Source of the DNA: Trichomonas gallinae
Lineage: Eukaryota
Reading direction: 5' to 3'
DNA length: 38,932 nucleotides
Assembly (NCBI GenBank): GCA_008369845.1
Contig: MRSU01011515.1
Coordinates: forward strand, 1 to 38,932
This document shows positions 1-10,546 of this stretch, one piece after another. Made by a program: the position numbers and the translations under genes. A model generated the notes under the pieces. That model had not been told where the DNA came from and ran no database searches. It saw only the letters and a program-made list of their open reading frames with translations. Position 1 is the stretch's first letter; each line of letters opens with the position of its first letter.

Positions 1-281
1 CGCCAGCTATCTGTGTTGTGTAAAACTTTTGCACCATCAACATTCGTCCGTTAAAATAAGGTTATTAGTTTCCATACCTTCATATTATAATATTATAATC
101 TTTGTGCTATAGTTTTAAATATAAGCTTTGTATAATATATATAGTCTATCTATGATGTACATTTCGCTCAATTATGGTTTGACATATTGGACATATCAAA
201 TTTCATCGAAAACATAAACCGAAAACGTAATATTTGTCTTTCAGTGAATTTTTCTGATGTTTTACGATCATGTGAATTACT

Positions 282-289
282 TCATTTTT
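282..289 (+). promoter_or_regulatory. Trichomonad initiator (Inr) TCATTTTT
   Basis: TCATTTTT ends 5 nt before the ATG at 295 and matches the TCAYT/A Inr consensus. Confidence 0.8.
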
Positions 290-294
290 GATAA

Positions 295-1470
295 ATGTCT
301 TTCGTGAAGACTGACTACTTGAAGTTCTTAGAGAAGAAGCCAGTTCCAGATCTCGGCGTTGGCTTCATGAAGTGTGCCACCAACCCAAAGGTCGTAAATC
401 TCGGAACAGCTGAAAATCATCTCGTTGAAGAATTTATCTTACCGATTTGCAGGGAAAGACCAGAGTTTGAAGCAATCCACTTAACATATACAGGTGGAAT
501 GCACACAGAAAAGCTCCGCAAGGCTCTCGCAAAGCTTTACGAGGATCATCTCGGAATGAAAAACGTCAACGCCGACCAAATTTTGTTTGGAAGTGGCATT
601 TCTCACCTTGTTGAGAGAATTGCTTTCGCATTCTGTCAAAAGGGAGACTTAGTTTTGATCCCAGAGCCAGCATATGGATGCTTCGAGCCAGATATGTATC
701 CATGCGGCTGCGATTTCCAATACATCGACTTAGAGAACCTCCCACCATCACCACCAGAGAATGCTAAAATCTTATTACTTACAAATCCAGGAAATCCAAT
801 TGGCGACTTAATTCCAAATCCAGACAAAGTTTTGAAGTGGGCATTCTCCAATCCAAACCTCCATGTCTTCACTGACGATGTTTACGCCCTCTCAATGCGC
901 GGATCAGATTATACTTCTTTGATGTCTCATCCAGACGCAGATCCAAACAGAATCCACCACTTATACGGTGTCTCCAAGGACTGGGGCATGGCTGGCTTCC
1001 ACGTTGGCATCTTTTACACACCAAATACAGAAGTATTCAACGGAGTTCGCACATGCATGGGCTGCTACCACATCAGCAGCGACACCATGCAGATCCTCGA
1101 GCGCCTCTTCTGCGATATCGAGCTCCGCGATAAAATCATCGTCGAGAGCAAGAGAAAGCTCACACACAACATCGAACTCGCAGAAAAGATGCTCAAAGAG
1201 GGTGGAATTGAGTTCAGGCACTGCGATGGCTCCCTGTTCATCATGATCAACCTCACTGACTTAGCAAACACCAAGGAGGAAGAGAGGAAGCTCTGGCTCG
1301 ATCTCATCGACCACCACAACGTCCACGTCCTCCCAGGAGCAAACGGATTCCGATATCCAGTCGCCGGCTGGTACAGGCTGTGCTTCGCTGTCGAGGAGCC
1401 AATCCTCATCCAGGGCCTCAACTACCTCATTGATGGCGTCAAGAAGTTGAGAGCAGAAAAGTCTCATTAA
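295..1470 (+). CDS. PLP-dependent aminotransferase class I/II, ACC-synthase-like subfamily
   Basis: Motifs NLGTAEN, LTNPGNPIG, FTDDVYALS, YGVSKDWGMAGFHVG (Schiff-base Lys) and GWYRLCFA. Stop codon reads TAAA. Confidence 0.9.
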   Translation: MSFVKTDYLKFLEKKPVPDLGVGFMKCATNPKVVNLGTAENHLVEEFILPICRERPEFEAIHLTYTGGMHTEKLRKALAKLYEDHLGMKNVNADQILFGSGISHLVERIAFAFCQKGDLVLIPEPAYGCFEPDMYPCGCDFQYIDLENLPPSPPENAKILLLTNPGNPIGDLIPNPDKVLKWAFSNPNLHVFTDDVYALSMRGSDYTSLMSHPDADPNRIHHLYGVSKDWGMAGFHVGIFYTPNTEVFNGVRTCMGCYHISSDTMQILERLFCDIELRDKIIVESKRKLTHNIELAEKMLKEGGIEFRHCDGSLFIMINLTDLANTKEEERKLWLDLIDHHNVHVLPGANGFRYPVAGWYRLCFAVEEPILIQGLNYLIDGVKKLRAEKSH

Positions 1471-1869
1471 ATAATTTAGCTTCTATTCTAATTAACCAAG
1501 TAGTTTTTTTTTTAAGATAGCATATATATGATGAAAATTTGTCTTCATATGTTAAAAATATACGTAAATAGTTAATTGTTAAACACAAGGTGAACTCCTC
1601 TGAAGCAAAAATGAAAATATAAACAAGAAATTAGTTGAAATGGTTTCCATTGTATAGATGTTTTTTATAAACTTTAATATTCGTTATTGATTCTTGAATT
1701 TGTTAAATCGACAAAAGGAAAATTATGAATGCTTGCATTTCAATTTTGTTGTGTTTATTAACTATATGATTTGGGAGAAAAAATATGTAAATGAAGAGTC
1801 AGGATAAATAAATTATTTTTCCTAATTAACAAACTATTTTTAATATACAAACAAATTATATTATTAAAA

Positions 1870-4785
1870 TTATGATGGTGGTAGAGGTGGAAGCTTTGTC
1901 TTCATGTGGAAAGTGTTGTAAAGGTCATTCTTGTTCTTTTCATCAAGCACAAGATTCCTGTCTTCTATCTGAAGCTTGATCAAAGCCTTTTCAAGCTTCT
2001 TTATGTTCTTCTCCAAGACCGGGCATCTTTCACATGGTTTCTCCATAATCTCCTTGATTTCCTGCTTCTTGTCTGATATGTGCGTGAGCATCTCCATGCA
2101 TTCTTCATTCAAATCGTCAACAACTTTGTTGTACTTGGCTTGGACAATTTCGAATTCTTCTTCCATTTGCTTAATTCTTTCTTCTGCATCTTTTCTTGCC
2201 GCTTCTATCTGCATCTGGCAGTCCTCGTAATGATCCAGTTCATCATTGTTAAGCTCACTGACAACTGTCTCTTCTTGCTCTTGCAGTTTCTCTGTGAAAG
2301 TTTCTCTAGCTTTTGCAACGATGTCTTTTGTCTCAGTTCTCAGAGAATCCTCGAGAGCCTGATTTGAAGCCTCGACGCCGCACAAATCGTTTTGTATGAA
2401 TTCTATGTTGAGCTCCAAGTCTGATTTTAGCTTCTCTAGCTGCTGAGAAATTTGGTGGGACTTTTCTTGCTCTTGGACAATCAACGGAGCGAATTCTAGT
2501 CTTATTGCTTCGACAATTTTCGCTTTTTCGTGCTCGAGTTTCAATTTGAGCTCTGATATCCTTTGTTCCGCGTGTTCTATCTGCCTCATCTTTCTCAACA
2601 CCTCTTGTTCGTTCTGCGAAAACTTTTCTTCGAGTATCAAAATGCATTTTTCTTTTTCCACGACTTCTTCGTTCAAAGCTTTTATGTTTCCTGAAGTTTC
2701 TTCGCGTTTCCTCTGCAAAGCCACTTCGTAGTTCTTTTGGGCTTCTTCCAGCTGAGCTCTGAGAGTTAAAGTGTTGTTCATTGCCTCCATGTAGTTGTTT
2801 TTTGTGTCCTGGAGTTGCTTCAAGCCTTCAGCTTCTTCCATTTTGAGAGATTTTCTGACAGCCATGAATTCTTGTCTCTTCTTGCCTAAATTTGTGTCAG
2901 GAGTTGCAGGAACTACCTCTGGAGGCGGTGAGACATCTTTTCTTGCAGAAGTCTGCTGTGATCTCGCTGAAACTTGCTGAGATCTTGAAGTAGAAACTCT
3001 GGATGAAGTAACATTCGAGTCTGTATTCCTAGGAAGATCTTTAAATGGCGACTGAGTGATTTTAGTTGGTGTTGGTAGTTCTTTGAATGGATTAACAAAA
3101 TCTTTTGTCGGTGTTTGTAGATCTTTGTTTGGTGTTGTTTCTTTTGTCTGCGGAGAACCTTCTCCTCTCGCTGAAATGTTTCCTGATTGAGAAGGAGTCG
3201 TTGGCACTGGACGAAGCAATTCTAATTCAGCTTCATGCTGCGCTTTTAATGCCTTCATTTTCTCGTTGACAGCATTTTGCACTCTTTGCTCCATTTCTTG
3301 GCGTTTTTCGTCTTCTTCTTCGTTGAATTCGTCGTTTTCATCTGAGGCGCCAATAACAGCCCTGTTTTCTTCAATAACTGCCTCCAATTCTCTCCTCAAG
3401 GCTTCTATTTTCGCGTTATAATATCTTATGTCTTTCTCACCTTGTCTCTTTGCCTCTGATTCTTCGTGATCGAAGTGGTCGTTGATCTTTTGACGCGTGT
3501 CTCTCCATTCGTCTTTAACTTGTTGTATTGTTGCCTCGATTTGATTTATTTCGTCATTTAATTTATTCATTTCTGCTTCGTGTTGGTCTTTTAATTCCTT
3601 TATTCTTTTACCGTGCAGCCTCTCTTTTTCTTCCAGGTCTGCGTTGGATTTGTCTTTGTCGTTTGCAATTGTTTTCCTCAGCGCGTTCAATGAATCAGTC
3701 ATTCTCATCAATTTTGCTTCTAGAGATGCTTGGATTTCTTTCTTTGCGCTTTCTAAGTTGTTGTCGTGGCTGTTTATCATGTCTTGGTATCTGTTCTCAA
3801 GCTCCTGCTGTTTAGCTTCTATTGTAGCCTTCATTTTAAGTTCGTTTTCTTTTATTTGAGCTTTAATTTCTCGGTTTTTGTTTTCGAGATAATCAATTTT
3901 TTCTTTTTTGTCTGCAATTTGCGCGTTTAAATTCGCCTCTGTTTCGAGGAATTGACGCTCATAGTCTGCCTTGACTTGATTCCACTTCTCTTCTAATGCT
4001 GGGCCAACTTCTAAATGGCTTTTTTGAAGATGTTCGTATTCTTCTTGTAATTCTAAAACTGTTTTCTCGATTGGGCCAAGTTTTTCGTCTAAATTCTCTT
4101 TGTGACGCTTAAGGCGTTCGTTATTGCGTGTGATTTCTTGTGTAACTTCAGCCATTCTTTGATCAATCGCTGCATTTAAGTCATCTGATGCTTTTTTCGT
4201 CGCATTTTTAGTCATTTCTAATGCATCTAATTTCATACTTAACTGTTTTTCGAAATGATCAGTAAATCTCTGCGTTTCTATTTTGATTCTTTCATTCATT
4301 GATGAATTTGCTGCTTCAATTCGCTCATTTAACGATGTAACCATTCTATTATGCTCTTCATGCCTCTGATCGAACTTTTTCTGCATCGCATCTCTTTGAT
4401 TCGCGAGAAGTTGTTCTAAAATCGTTTGGCTGTTTTGATTTGATTTCTTTTGTTCGGCTACAAGTCTGTCGATACTCTCGTCTATTGTGTTTGATGAGTC
4501 TAAAAGTTGTTTGTACGATCTTGTATATAATGAATCTAAAGATTCAACGCGAGACTTCTTAAATTGTTTAACTCTGTCCTGTAATTTGATAATTCTGTCT
4601 GATCCCGTGTCAACATTCAATGACATCGCGATATTTCGATATCTTCCGAAAATTTCGTCGCATTGAGGCATAACAACCTTCAATTCATCAGTACCTTTCG
4701 CGCCATTTGTTTTAGACATCGTCCTAATAGAGCCGGAGAGCTCAGCAAGAAAGTGCTTGCACTTGCTATTAGCTTCCGAACTCAT
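1870..4785 (-). CDS. Long coiled-coil protein (~971 aa) with a central Ser/Thr-Pro-rich linker
   Basis: E/K/Q/L-rich heptad-like composition. Start placed at MSSEANSK (4785) because the 47 upstream codons of the ORF track are AT-rich spacer-like sequence. Confidence 0.8.
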   Translation of the reverse strand: MSSEANSKCKHFLAELSGSIRTMSKTNGAKGTDELKVVMPQCDEIFGRYRNIAMSLNVDTGSDRIIKLQDRVKQFKKSRVESLDSLYTRSYKQLLDSSNTIDESIDRLVAEQKKSNQNSQTILEQLLANQRDAMQKKFDQRHEEHNRMVTSLNERIEAANSSMNERIKIETQRFTDHFEKQLSMKLDALEMTKNATKKASDDLNAAIDQRMAEVTQEITRNNERLKRHKENLDEKLGPIEKTVLELQEEYEHLQKSHLEVGPALEEKWNQVKADYERQFLETEANLNAQIADKKEKIDYLENKNREIKAQIKENELKMKATIEAKQQELENRYQDMINSHDNNLESAKKEIQASLEAKLMRMTDSLNALRKTIANDKDKSNADLEEKERLHGKRIKELKDQHEAEMNKLNDEINQIEATIQQVKDEWRDTRQKINDHFDHEESEAKRQGEKDIRYYNAKIEALRRELEAVIEENRAVIGASDENDEFNEEEDEKRQEMEQRVQNAVNEKMKALKAQHEAELELLRPVPTTPSQSGNISARGEGSPQTKETTPNKDLQTPTKDFVNPFKELPTPTKITQSPFKDLPRNTDSNVTSSRVSTSRSQQVSARSQQTSARKDVSPPPEVVPATPDTNLGKKRQEFMAVRKSLKMEEAEGLKQLQDTKNNYMEAMNNTLTLRAQLEEAQKNYEVALQRKREETSGNIKALNEEVVEKEKCILILEEKFSQNEQEVLRKMRQIEHAEQRISELKLKLEHEKAKIVEAIRLEFAPLIVQEQEKSHQISQQLEKLKSDLELNIEFIQNDLCGVEASNQALEDSLRTETKDIVAKARETFTEKLQEQEETVVSELNNDELDHYEDCQMQIEAARKDAEERIKQMEEEFEIVQAKYNKVVDDLNEECMEMLTHISDKKQEIKEIMEKPCERCPVLEKNIKKLEKALIKLQIEDRNLVLDEKNKNDLYNTFHMKTKLPPLPPS

Positions 4786-5485
4786 ATTATGCGTTTTTTG
4801 GAGTTTTATGTTTATATTTGTGTTATTGAGATCATGTATGTAACCGAAATGATAAAATTTTAGAAAAAAATAAATAACGTACATTTTGTTACTTTTCTTT
4901 TTATCCATTAAATATCGCAACTTCATAGCCTATAATTATGTTTTGTCGTCGAAATTTGTAATAATCACTTAATCAAAATTTGAATTAATAAAAAATATAG
5001 TTTTAACCATGTATATATTCATTAATTCTCTTTTATCCACTTTTTATGAGATTTTATCGTCAAAATTTGGTTAAAACACATATTATTTTTGAATCATGAA
5101 TATTTTGTCCTAAAAAAAGTGTTTATATATAATGTTTTACTGCTAAATAGTATATATTAATAGAAACTCTGGAAATTGATTATCTTTTTCAAACAATCTT
5201 AAGATGAAAGGAAACACCAATTCTGCTATTAAATTTGAGTCAAATTAATATATAAAAACATATGCATCCTAGGATATCTATATGTCTGATATCTAAATAT
5301 TAGACAAATACTAGAATCTCAAATCATTATTAAGTTCATAGTCTGCTTTTGGGCTATCTATATCCATGTTCAGATTGCACGCCCATAACTTGAGATACTC
5401 ACACTTATTAGGACACCATATTTCATGGAAATAAATCAAGAAAAATTATAATGAATTTAAAACAAAATACAAACATAAAATTTTA

Positions 5486-8400
5486 TTAAGTTGGATTAAG
5501 ATCTTGTAAGTCATCGTCATCAATTTCTTTTTCTGTATCCTGTGGATAATCTTCTTCAAAATCGTTATACTCTACTCCTAGCTGCTCATCGTCAAGATTC
5601 TGCATCAATTCTTCAATGTTTTGAGGGTTGAAAATTCCGTAGATTGTTGACGTGAAGTAAACAGCACCAATTATCGTGCAAATAGTGAGTATTATAGAAA
5701 CAAGCCACACTGTGTATCTAGGGTAAGAGTATCCCTCAACGAATGTAACATTTACAGAGAAGTGGTATCTGTCATTCCTCCATTCAAGTTTGCCGAAAGA
5801 ATTCGGTAACATGTCGCTGCTATTGAAATATTCGTCGAAATCATCAACCACAGCTTTAACGCGTGTCTTCTTTTTGTCTTCTTCAGCTGGTTTAGGAGTT
5901 TGTGTTGGGATGCTTTTAGCTGTTTGATTTTCGTTGATCGAACTCAAGGAAAAGTTTGTCTTCGACATATAAACATTTAAAGTCTTCATTGAATTTTCCG
6001 CGTCTTGTTTTGTTATTGTCAAATTGTCGATCATATCTTCTATCTTGAAAGGAAAACTGCTGACAGACGAGTAGTGGCTCAAAACAATAAACTCGACAAA
6101 TAGATTTTGAGTGATTAGTGATGTTATTCTTAAAGCACCGCCGTAAACGAAGCCAAATTGGTAGCAGTTGTAACCTGTCTCATTGGATAAAACGGCTGAT
6201 GGAATTAATCTGTTCAGGTGGTTGTTTCTAAAAACAGAAACATTGATTTTATCTAAATTCGTGAAAATTATTGTTGATCCTGGCTTAATGAAAATATCTT
6301 TGAATGGTTTCTCTGTTTTATCGTATTTCTCATTCCTGTCTATTTTGTCTAGTTTATCCAGTCTTACACAATACCTTCTGAATTTTAAGTCTGGAAGATT
6401 TTCTTCTGACGATTTTCCTCGGAATGTTTCTACTTCCAAAGCAAGTTTATCTAGATAAGTATAGTCAATTAGAGAATAGTTTGACGTAGATGAGATGTTG
6501 ACCTTCTTTAGTATAACTGTTGATTCAAATGATTTCTCTTGGAAGATGTAAAAAGTGAATTTTTTTGGTGATTTTGATTCTACATAAATTATACTTGAAA
6601 TATTTCCAAAAGCAACACCGATATGATTACTTGTTATATCGCCAACAAAAGTAATATTCTTACCTTCTCTTGTGAATGCTTTGATAACTAGATGTTTGAA
6701 CTTGGGAACGACAACGAAAGCAAATTTTTGTTCGATGAAAATTTCATGAACTCGAGATTTTTCAAAGTCAACGGTGACATTTTGTGGTTCTGATACATAA
6801 ATACTTCTTGTCACTCGTCCTGTCCATTCATTTGTAGGTGGCCTAGGTGTTGGAGTTGGAATTTTCATATAATCTGAAATTATTTTTGTAATTCGTGAAT
6901 TATTGGCAACTGGTAATAATGGTTTCGTTACATTCATATGTGTCAGTGAATCTTTGTTAATTTGATTCAAAATAAAATCAAGTCTCGAATTTTTCTTAAT
7001 AATTTTGTCTGTTATGAAATATTCGCCATAAAATCTTTCATTCATTGTTTTATGAACAACTTCCAGTAACGGTACATGTGTTTCGCTGTAATACGGACCA
7101 GAATTCATCTGGATACTTAACCTGTAAGGATAGAATGGTTTGTAGATGCTGACTCTCGATGTGTCGTTGAACCTATATAATAACTTGAACGGTGTGTTTT
7201 TGTCGAATAGTCTAAGATTGCATATAAATGTATCTTTGCCTACTGGCACATCAGAAACGACTTTATCTTTTCCTTTTGTTATCCTGGTGATTTTACAATT
7301 TGCTAGATTGTTATTAACTAAAATAAACTCGAAATCAGGAGCTCCTAGTGATTCAATAAACAATAAACTAGTCTTTTGTCTTATAGATAAAGCGCAATTT
7401 TGCTTTTTGGAATCAATTGATCCCAAATATTTAAATGAATTTTGGTTGTTTTCGAAAACAATAACGTGAACCAAAATTTTTTCAAGATTCGGGAAGAATA
7501 CGTCAACGTTTGTATAAGGAATATAATAGAAATAATTCGAGCTGTTAGTGAACATCTCATTTATATACAGTATTGGATTATCATGATAGGCAAATGAATT
7601 TAAGATTGTTTTTGATGGCAACGAAATGATTTTCTCGAAATAGTTATGATCAGGTAGATCCTCCATGCTCTTGAATTTTTCTTTCAATGAATGATTTCCG
7701 TGTATATATGAAACGAACAATTCTGCTTCTTGTGGAGTAAATTTCTGCCATACTTTCATTGTTTGAATATTGGTGAACCCAATATGTAAGTCGTTCATCC
7801 TAAAAATCAAAATTGTTGCTTCAGTGTTTTTCTTGCCTTCAAAGCTTATTGCTGACTTTCTGTCTCCTATTAGGATTGTGTTGAAGCCAATTTGTGGTGT
7901 TATCTGGGCAAATGGAACATAAACATCATTCTCATACTTGCAAATAACAGATTTGAGAATGTTAGGTGATGAAATAAAAACACCAACTCTTTCAGTGTCT
8001 ATAAAAATTAATTGTCTTCCATTCGCTGGGAATTTAAAATATATTTTTTGCATCAAGAAATTCACATAATTTCTTCTTGCTCCGTAATATTTATTTTGCT
8101 CTGCTTGAGTTTTATTTAAAAGTAACTCTTTCACTGCTCTATTTGCATCGTTAACGATTTCGTTGTGTCTTAATGATTTTTTGTCGAGATTTTTTTCAGG
8201 TATGAATTCGAAACTTGGCGGAAATGTCAGGAAGCAGTATTTAGTGCTGAATTTGTGTGTGAATGTTGAATAAGTAAAATAGCATTCGTAGTCAGGCATC
8301 ACAACTTGTATAATTCCACGTTTTGCACCAAAACAAAAACATATATGTTGAGACATGTATCTACCTGCGTAAACAAGCTCCTCTTCGTCCTCGTAAATAA

Positions 8401-10546
8401 ATATATGGACTTCACATCTATTTGAGTCGTGTGTAGTGAAAACTGTGTATGGCTCATTGATTAATATCTCGTTGTATTTGTAATGTAGTAAAAGAATTGT
8501 ATTGGCTGTTGATGCAAGTGTTGGAATTCCACTAATTAACGTTTCATTGAGCATAGATTGCTTTTTTGGAGGCTGTAGAGCTTTTGTTGGATTTGGTATC
8601 TGAACAGGTGAAGCGTTTGGTGTTTCTGCTGGTGTCTGCAAAGGAATAATCTTTTGTGTTTCAGATGGTGTCTGCAAAGGCATTATATTTGGTGTTTGCA
8701 ATGGAATAACATTTAGTGTTTCTACTGGTGTTTGCAATGGTTTAATCTTTTGTGTTTCAGATGGTGTTAACAAAGGTACTATATTTGGTGTTTGTAGAGG
8801 TGAAGCACTTGGTGTTTCTGCTGGTGTTTGTAATGGAATAACATTCTGTGTTTCTGCTGGTGTCTGTAAAGGAATTGTAATTTGAGTTTCGGCTAGTTTT
8901 GAAGCTGGAATAGTTTGATATAAAGAAGTATCTTGTGCTTCAGTACTTGAGTTTGTTTGAACTGGTGTTTGAATAGGTGTCTGTGATGGTGTTAGAAAAA
9001 TCAATGTTTGTGAAATAGGTGGAATTGTTGAAATTGTAGGTGGAGTTTGAGATTGATAATAAATGGAGATTGGCTGAAATAAGAATGTATTGGGTAGAAA
9101 TGTTCGAGCAGGTGTTAAATTAGATAAAGTATTTGGCGTTTGAATAAGTGACGCACTTGGATTTTCAACGTGTGTTTCTGAAGGAATCATATTATTAGTC
9201 GCAGTCGGTGTTTGTAAATGTAAAGTGCTTGGCGTTTCGGATGGGAGAATAAAAGGAATGACTGGGGTTTGTGATTCAGTTGGATTTACCGAAATTAATT
9301 CGCCAGAAAAATATGTTGTTATTGGTGTTGGTGTATATCTCATATCTTTCAAAATTTCCTTTGATTGTGAACTAAATGAAGAGACTAATTTTGCTTCAGA
9401 TTGAAAAATTGACGGAATGTTTGAAGCGGTCTCAAATGGAGTCTGAATTGCCATAGTTATAGTTGCTGGAGAAACGTTTTCAACAATTGAAGAAGTTTGT
9501 AATATTGTTTCAAATGGTGTCTGCAGTGGAATTGAAATGATATGAGATGTAATTAATGGTGTTTCTTGTGGAGTTTGTGATAAAGTTTGAAGAGGAGTTG
9601 ATATTGGAGATTCTGAGTAATATGAATGAAAGGTTGTGCGAGGAGTTTCTTGAATAGTTATTTGCTCTGATTTCGATTGAATTAAATTTGAAACTTGTGA
9701 ACCAGCATCGTTTACAGCACTAATATGTAGAGTTGATGTTATTTGTGTAATTGTGTAGAAAGGTGTTGCTGGAAAGGTCTGTAATGGTGTTATCGATGGA
9801 GTCTGAATTGAATTTACATGCATTAAATCTAGACTAGTGATCGTTGTATGATACTGATATGTATCTGATTCCAGGCGTTTAGCATCAAATGTAGCAATTG
9901 ATGAAGATTTGATATTTTCATTGACCGTTTGAGAAATTAACTCCTTTGGATTTGGATGTGGTGTGTAATTTACAGTCTCAATAGCTGTATGAAGCATGGA
10001 AATCGTGGGAAATGTCGATGATAGAATAGAAATTTGTGTATTTTCGGGTAAATCGATTTTCTGGATGTGAGATGTAATGTAGCTCGATATACTTGACGAA
10101 AATACTGTATTATCAGATGTAAATTGAATTGTTGAGATATTTTGTTCAATTATTTCACTTGATATTGAATAATATGTAGAACTCGATATTTTAGATTGTG
10201 ATGAATGGATTTGCGCAGTATTTTCTATATCTTGCTGAGAGAAATAAGTTGTTGAAGTTAGGATATTTGTAATTAATGTATTTTGTAATGATAATTTATC
10301 ATCTATGTATGTTGGTAAGTAATTACTAGATGAATCAGTGCTGTAAATCGTTGATACAGAAAATTTTAAAGTATCAAATGCATTTGATGATTCGTTGTGT
10401 AAATTTTTCGTTGTAGTATTCGCATTCTCATCAGATTGATTAGCAGGATTTGTATTATTGAGATTTAAATAATTCGTACTATTTTTTTCTTGATTTTCGC
10501 TGGATAATTTTGTTTGTTTATCTAATAACCCTTGATTTTGACTCAT
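5486..10546 (-). CDS. Large type I membrane/surface protein: S/T/P-rich mucin-like region, repeated beta-rich domains, one C-terminal TM helix, acidic tail (start uncertain)
   Basis: The frame is open to at least 10789 (TTG) but the first in-frame ATG is 10546. LQTP repeats, TM segment YTVWLVSIILTICTIIGAVYF and a D/E-rich tail are visible. Confidence 0.8.
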   Translation of the reverse strand: MSQNQGLLDKQTKLSSENQEKNSTNYLNLNNTNPANQSDENANTTTKNLHNESSNAFDTLKFSVSTIYSTDSSSNYLPTYIDDKLSLQNTLITNILTSTTYFSQQDIENTAQIHSSQSKISSSTYYSISSEIIEQNISTIQFTSDNTVFSSSISSYITSHIQKIDLPENTQISILSSTFPTISMLHTAIETVNYTPHPNPKELISQTVNENIKSSSIATFDAKRLESDTYQYHTTITSLDLMHVNSIQTPSITPLQTFPATPFYTITQITSTLHISAVNDAGSQVSNLIQSKSEQITIQETPRTTFHSYYSESPISTPLQTLSQTPQETPLITSHIISIPLQTPFETILQTSSIVENVSPATITMAIQTPFETASNIPSIFQSEAKLVSSFSSQSKEILKDMRYTPTPITTYFSGELISVNPTESQTPVIPFILPSETPSTLHLQTPTATNNMIPSETHVENPSASLIQTPNTLSNLTPARTFLPNTFLFQPISIYYQSQTPPTISTIPPISQTLIFLTPSQTPIQTPVQTNSSTEAQDTSLYQTIPASKLAETQITIPLQTPAETQNVIPLQTPAETPSASPLQTPNIVPLLTPSETQKIKPLQTPVETLNVIPLQTPNIMPLQTPSETQKIIPLQTPAETPNASPVQIPNPTKALQPPKKQSMLNETLISGIPTLASTANTILLLHYKYNEILINEPYTVFTTHDSNRCEVHIFIYEDEEELVYAGRYMSQHICFCFGAKRGIIQVVMPDYECYFTYSTFTHKFSTKYCFLTFPPSFEFIPEKNLDKKSLRHNEIVNDANRAVKELLLNKTQAEQNKYYGARRNYVNFLMQKIYFKFPANGRQLIFIDTERVGVFISSPNILKSVICKYENDVYVPFAQITPQIGFNTILIGDRKSAISFEGKKNTEATILIFRMNDLHIGFTNIQTMKVWQKFTPQEAELFVSYIHGNHSLKEKFKSMEDLPDHNYFEKIISLPSKTILNSFAYHDNPILYINEMFTNSSNYFYYIPYTNVDVFFPNLEKILVHVIVFENNQNSFKYLGSIDSKKQNCALSIRQKTSLLFIESLGAPDFEFILVNNNLANCKITRITKGKDKVVSDVPVGKDTFICNLRLFDKNTPFKLLYRFNDTSRVSIYKPFYPYRLSIQMNSGPYYSETHVPLLEVVHKTMNERFYGEYFITDKIIKKNSRLDFILNQINKDSLTHMNVTKPLLPVANNSRITKIISDYMKIPTPTPRPPTNEWTGRVTRSIYVSEPQNVTVDFEKSRVHEIFIEQKFAFVVVPKFKHLVIKAFTREGKNITFVGDITSNHIGVAFGNISSIIYVESKSPKKFTFYIFQEKSFESTVILKKVNISSTSNYSLIDYTYLDKLALEVETFRGKSSEENLPDLKFRRYCVRLDKLDKIDRNEKYDKTEKPFKDIFIKPGSTIIFTNLDKINVSVFRNNHLNRLIPSAVLSNETGYNCYQFGFVYGGALRITSLITQNLFVEFIVLSHYSSVSSFPFKIEDMIDNLTITKQDAENSMKTLNVYMSKTNFSLSSINENQTAKSIPTQTPKPAEEDKKKTRVKAVVDDFDEYFNSSDMLPNSFGKLEWRNDRYHFSVNVTFVEGYSYPRYTVWLVSIILTICTIIGAVYFTSTIYGIFNPQNIEELMQNLDDEQLGVEYNDFEEDYPQDTEKEIDDDDLQDLNPT
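8582..8869 (-). repeat. Coding higher-order tandem repeat, 3 x 96 bp (12+12+8 aa LQTP units)
   Basis: LQTPAETQNVIP LQTPAETPSASP LQTPNIVP / LLTPSETQKIKP LQTPVETLNVIP LQTPNIMP / LQTPSETQKIIP LQTPAETPNASP VQIPNPTK. Confidence 0.9.

Noticed and set aside
566..1467. Antisense and alternate-frame ORFs in the aminotransferase, and similar short ORFs inside other long genes
   Set aside because: Fully nested in real genes, with no promoter motif or protein features.
4786..4926. N-terminal ORF-track extensions (also 15612, 19700, 33718 and 35559 starts)
   Set aside because: AT-rich spacer-like sequence, TTG starts, or position upstream of the Inr.
5260..5430. Slightly GC-richer spacer with GATATCTA repeats
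   Set aside because: No ORF, promoter motif or convincing structure.
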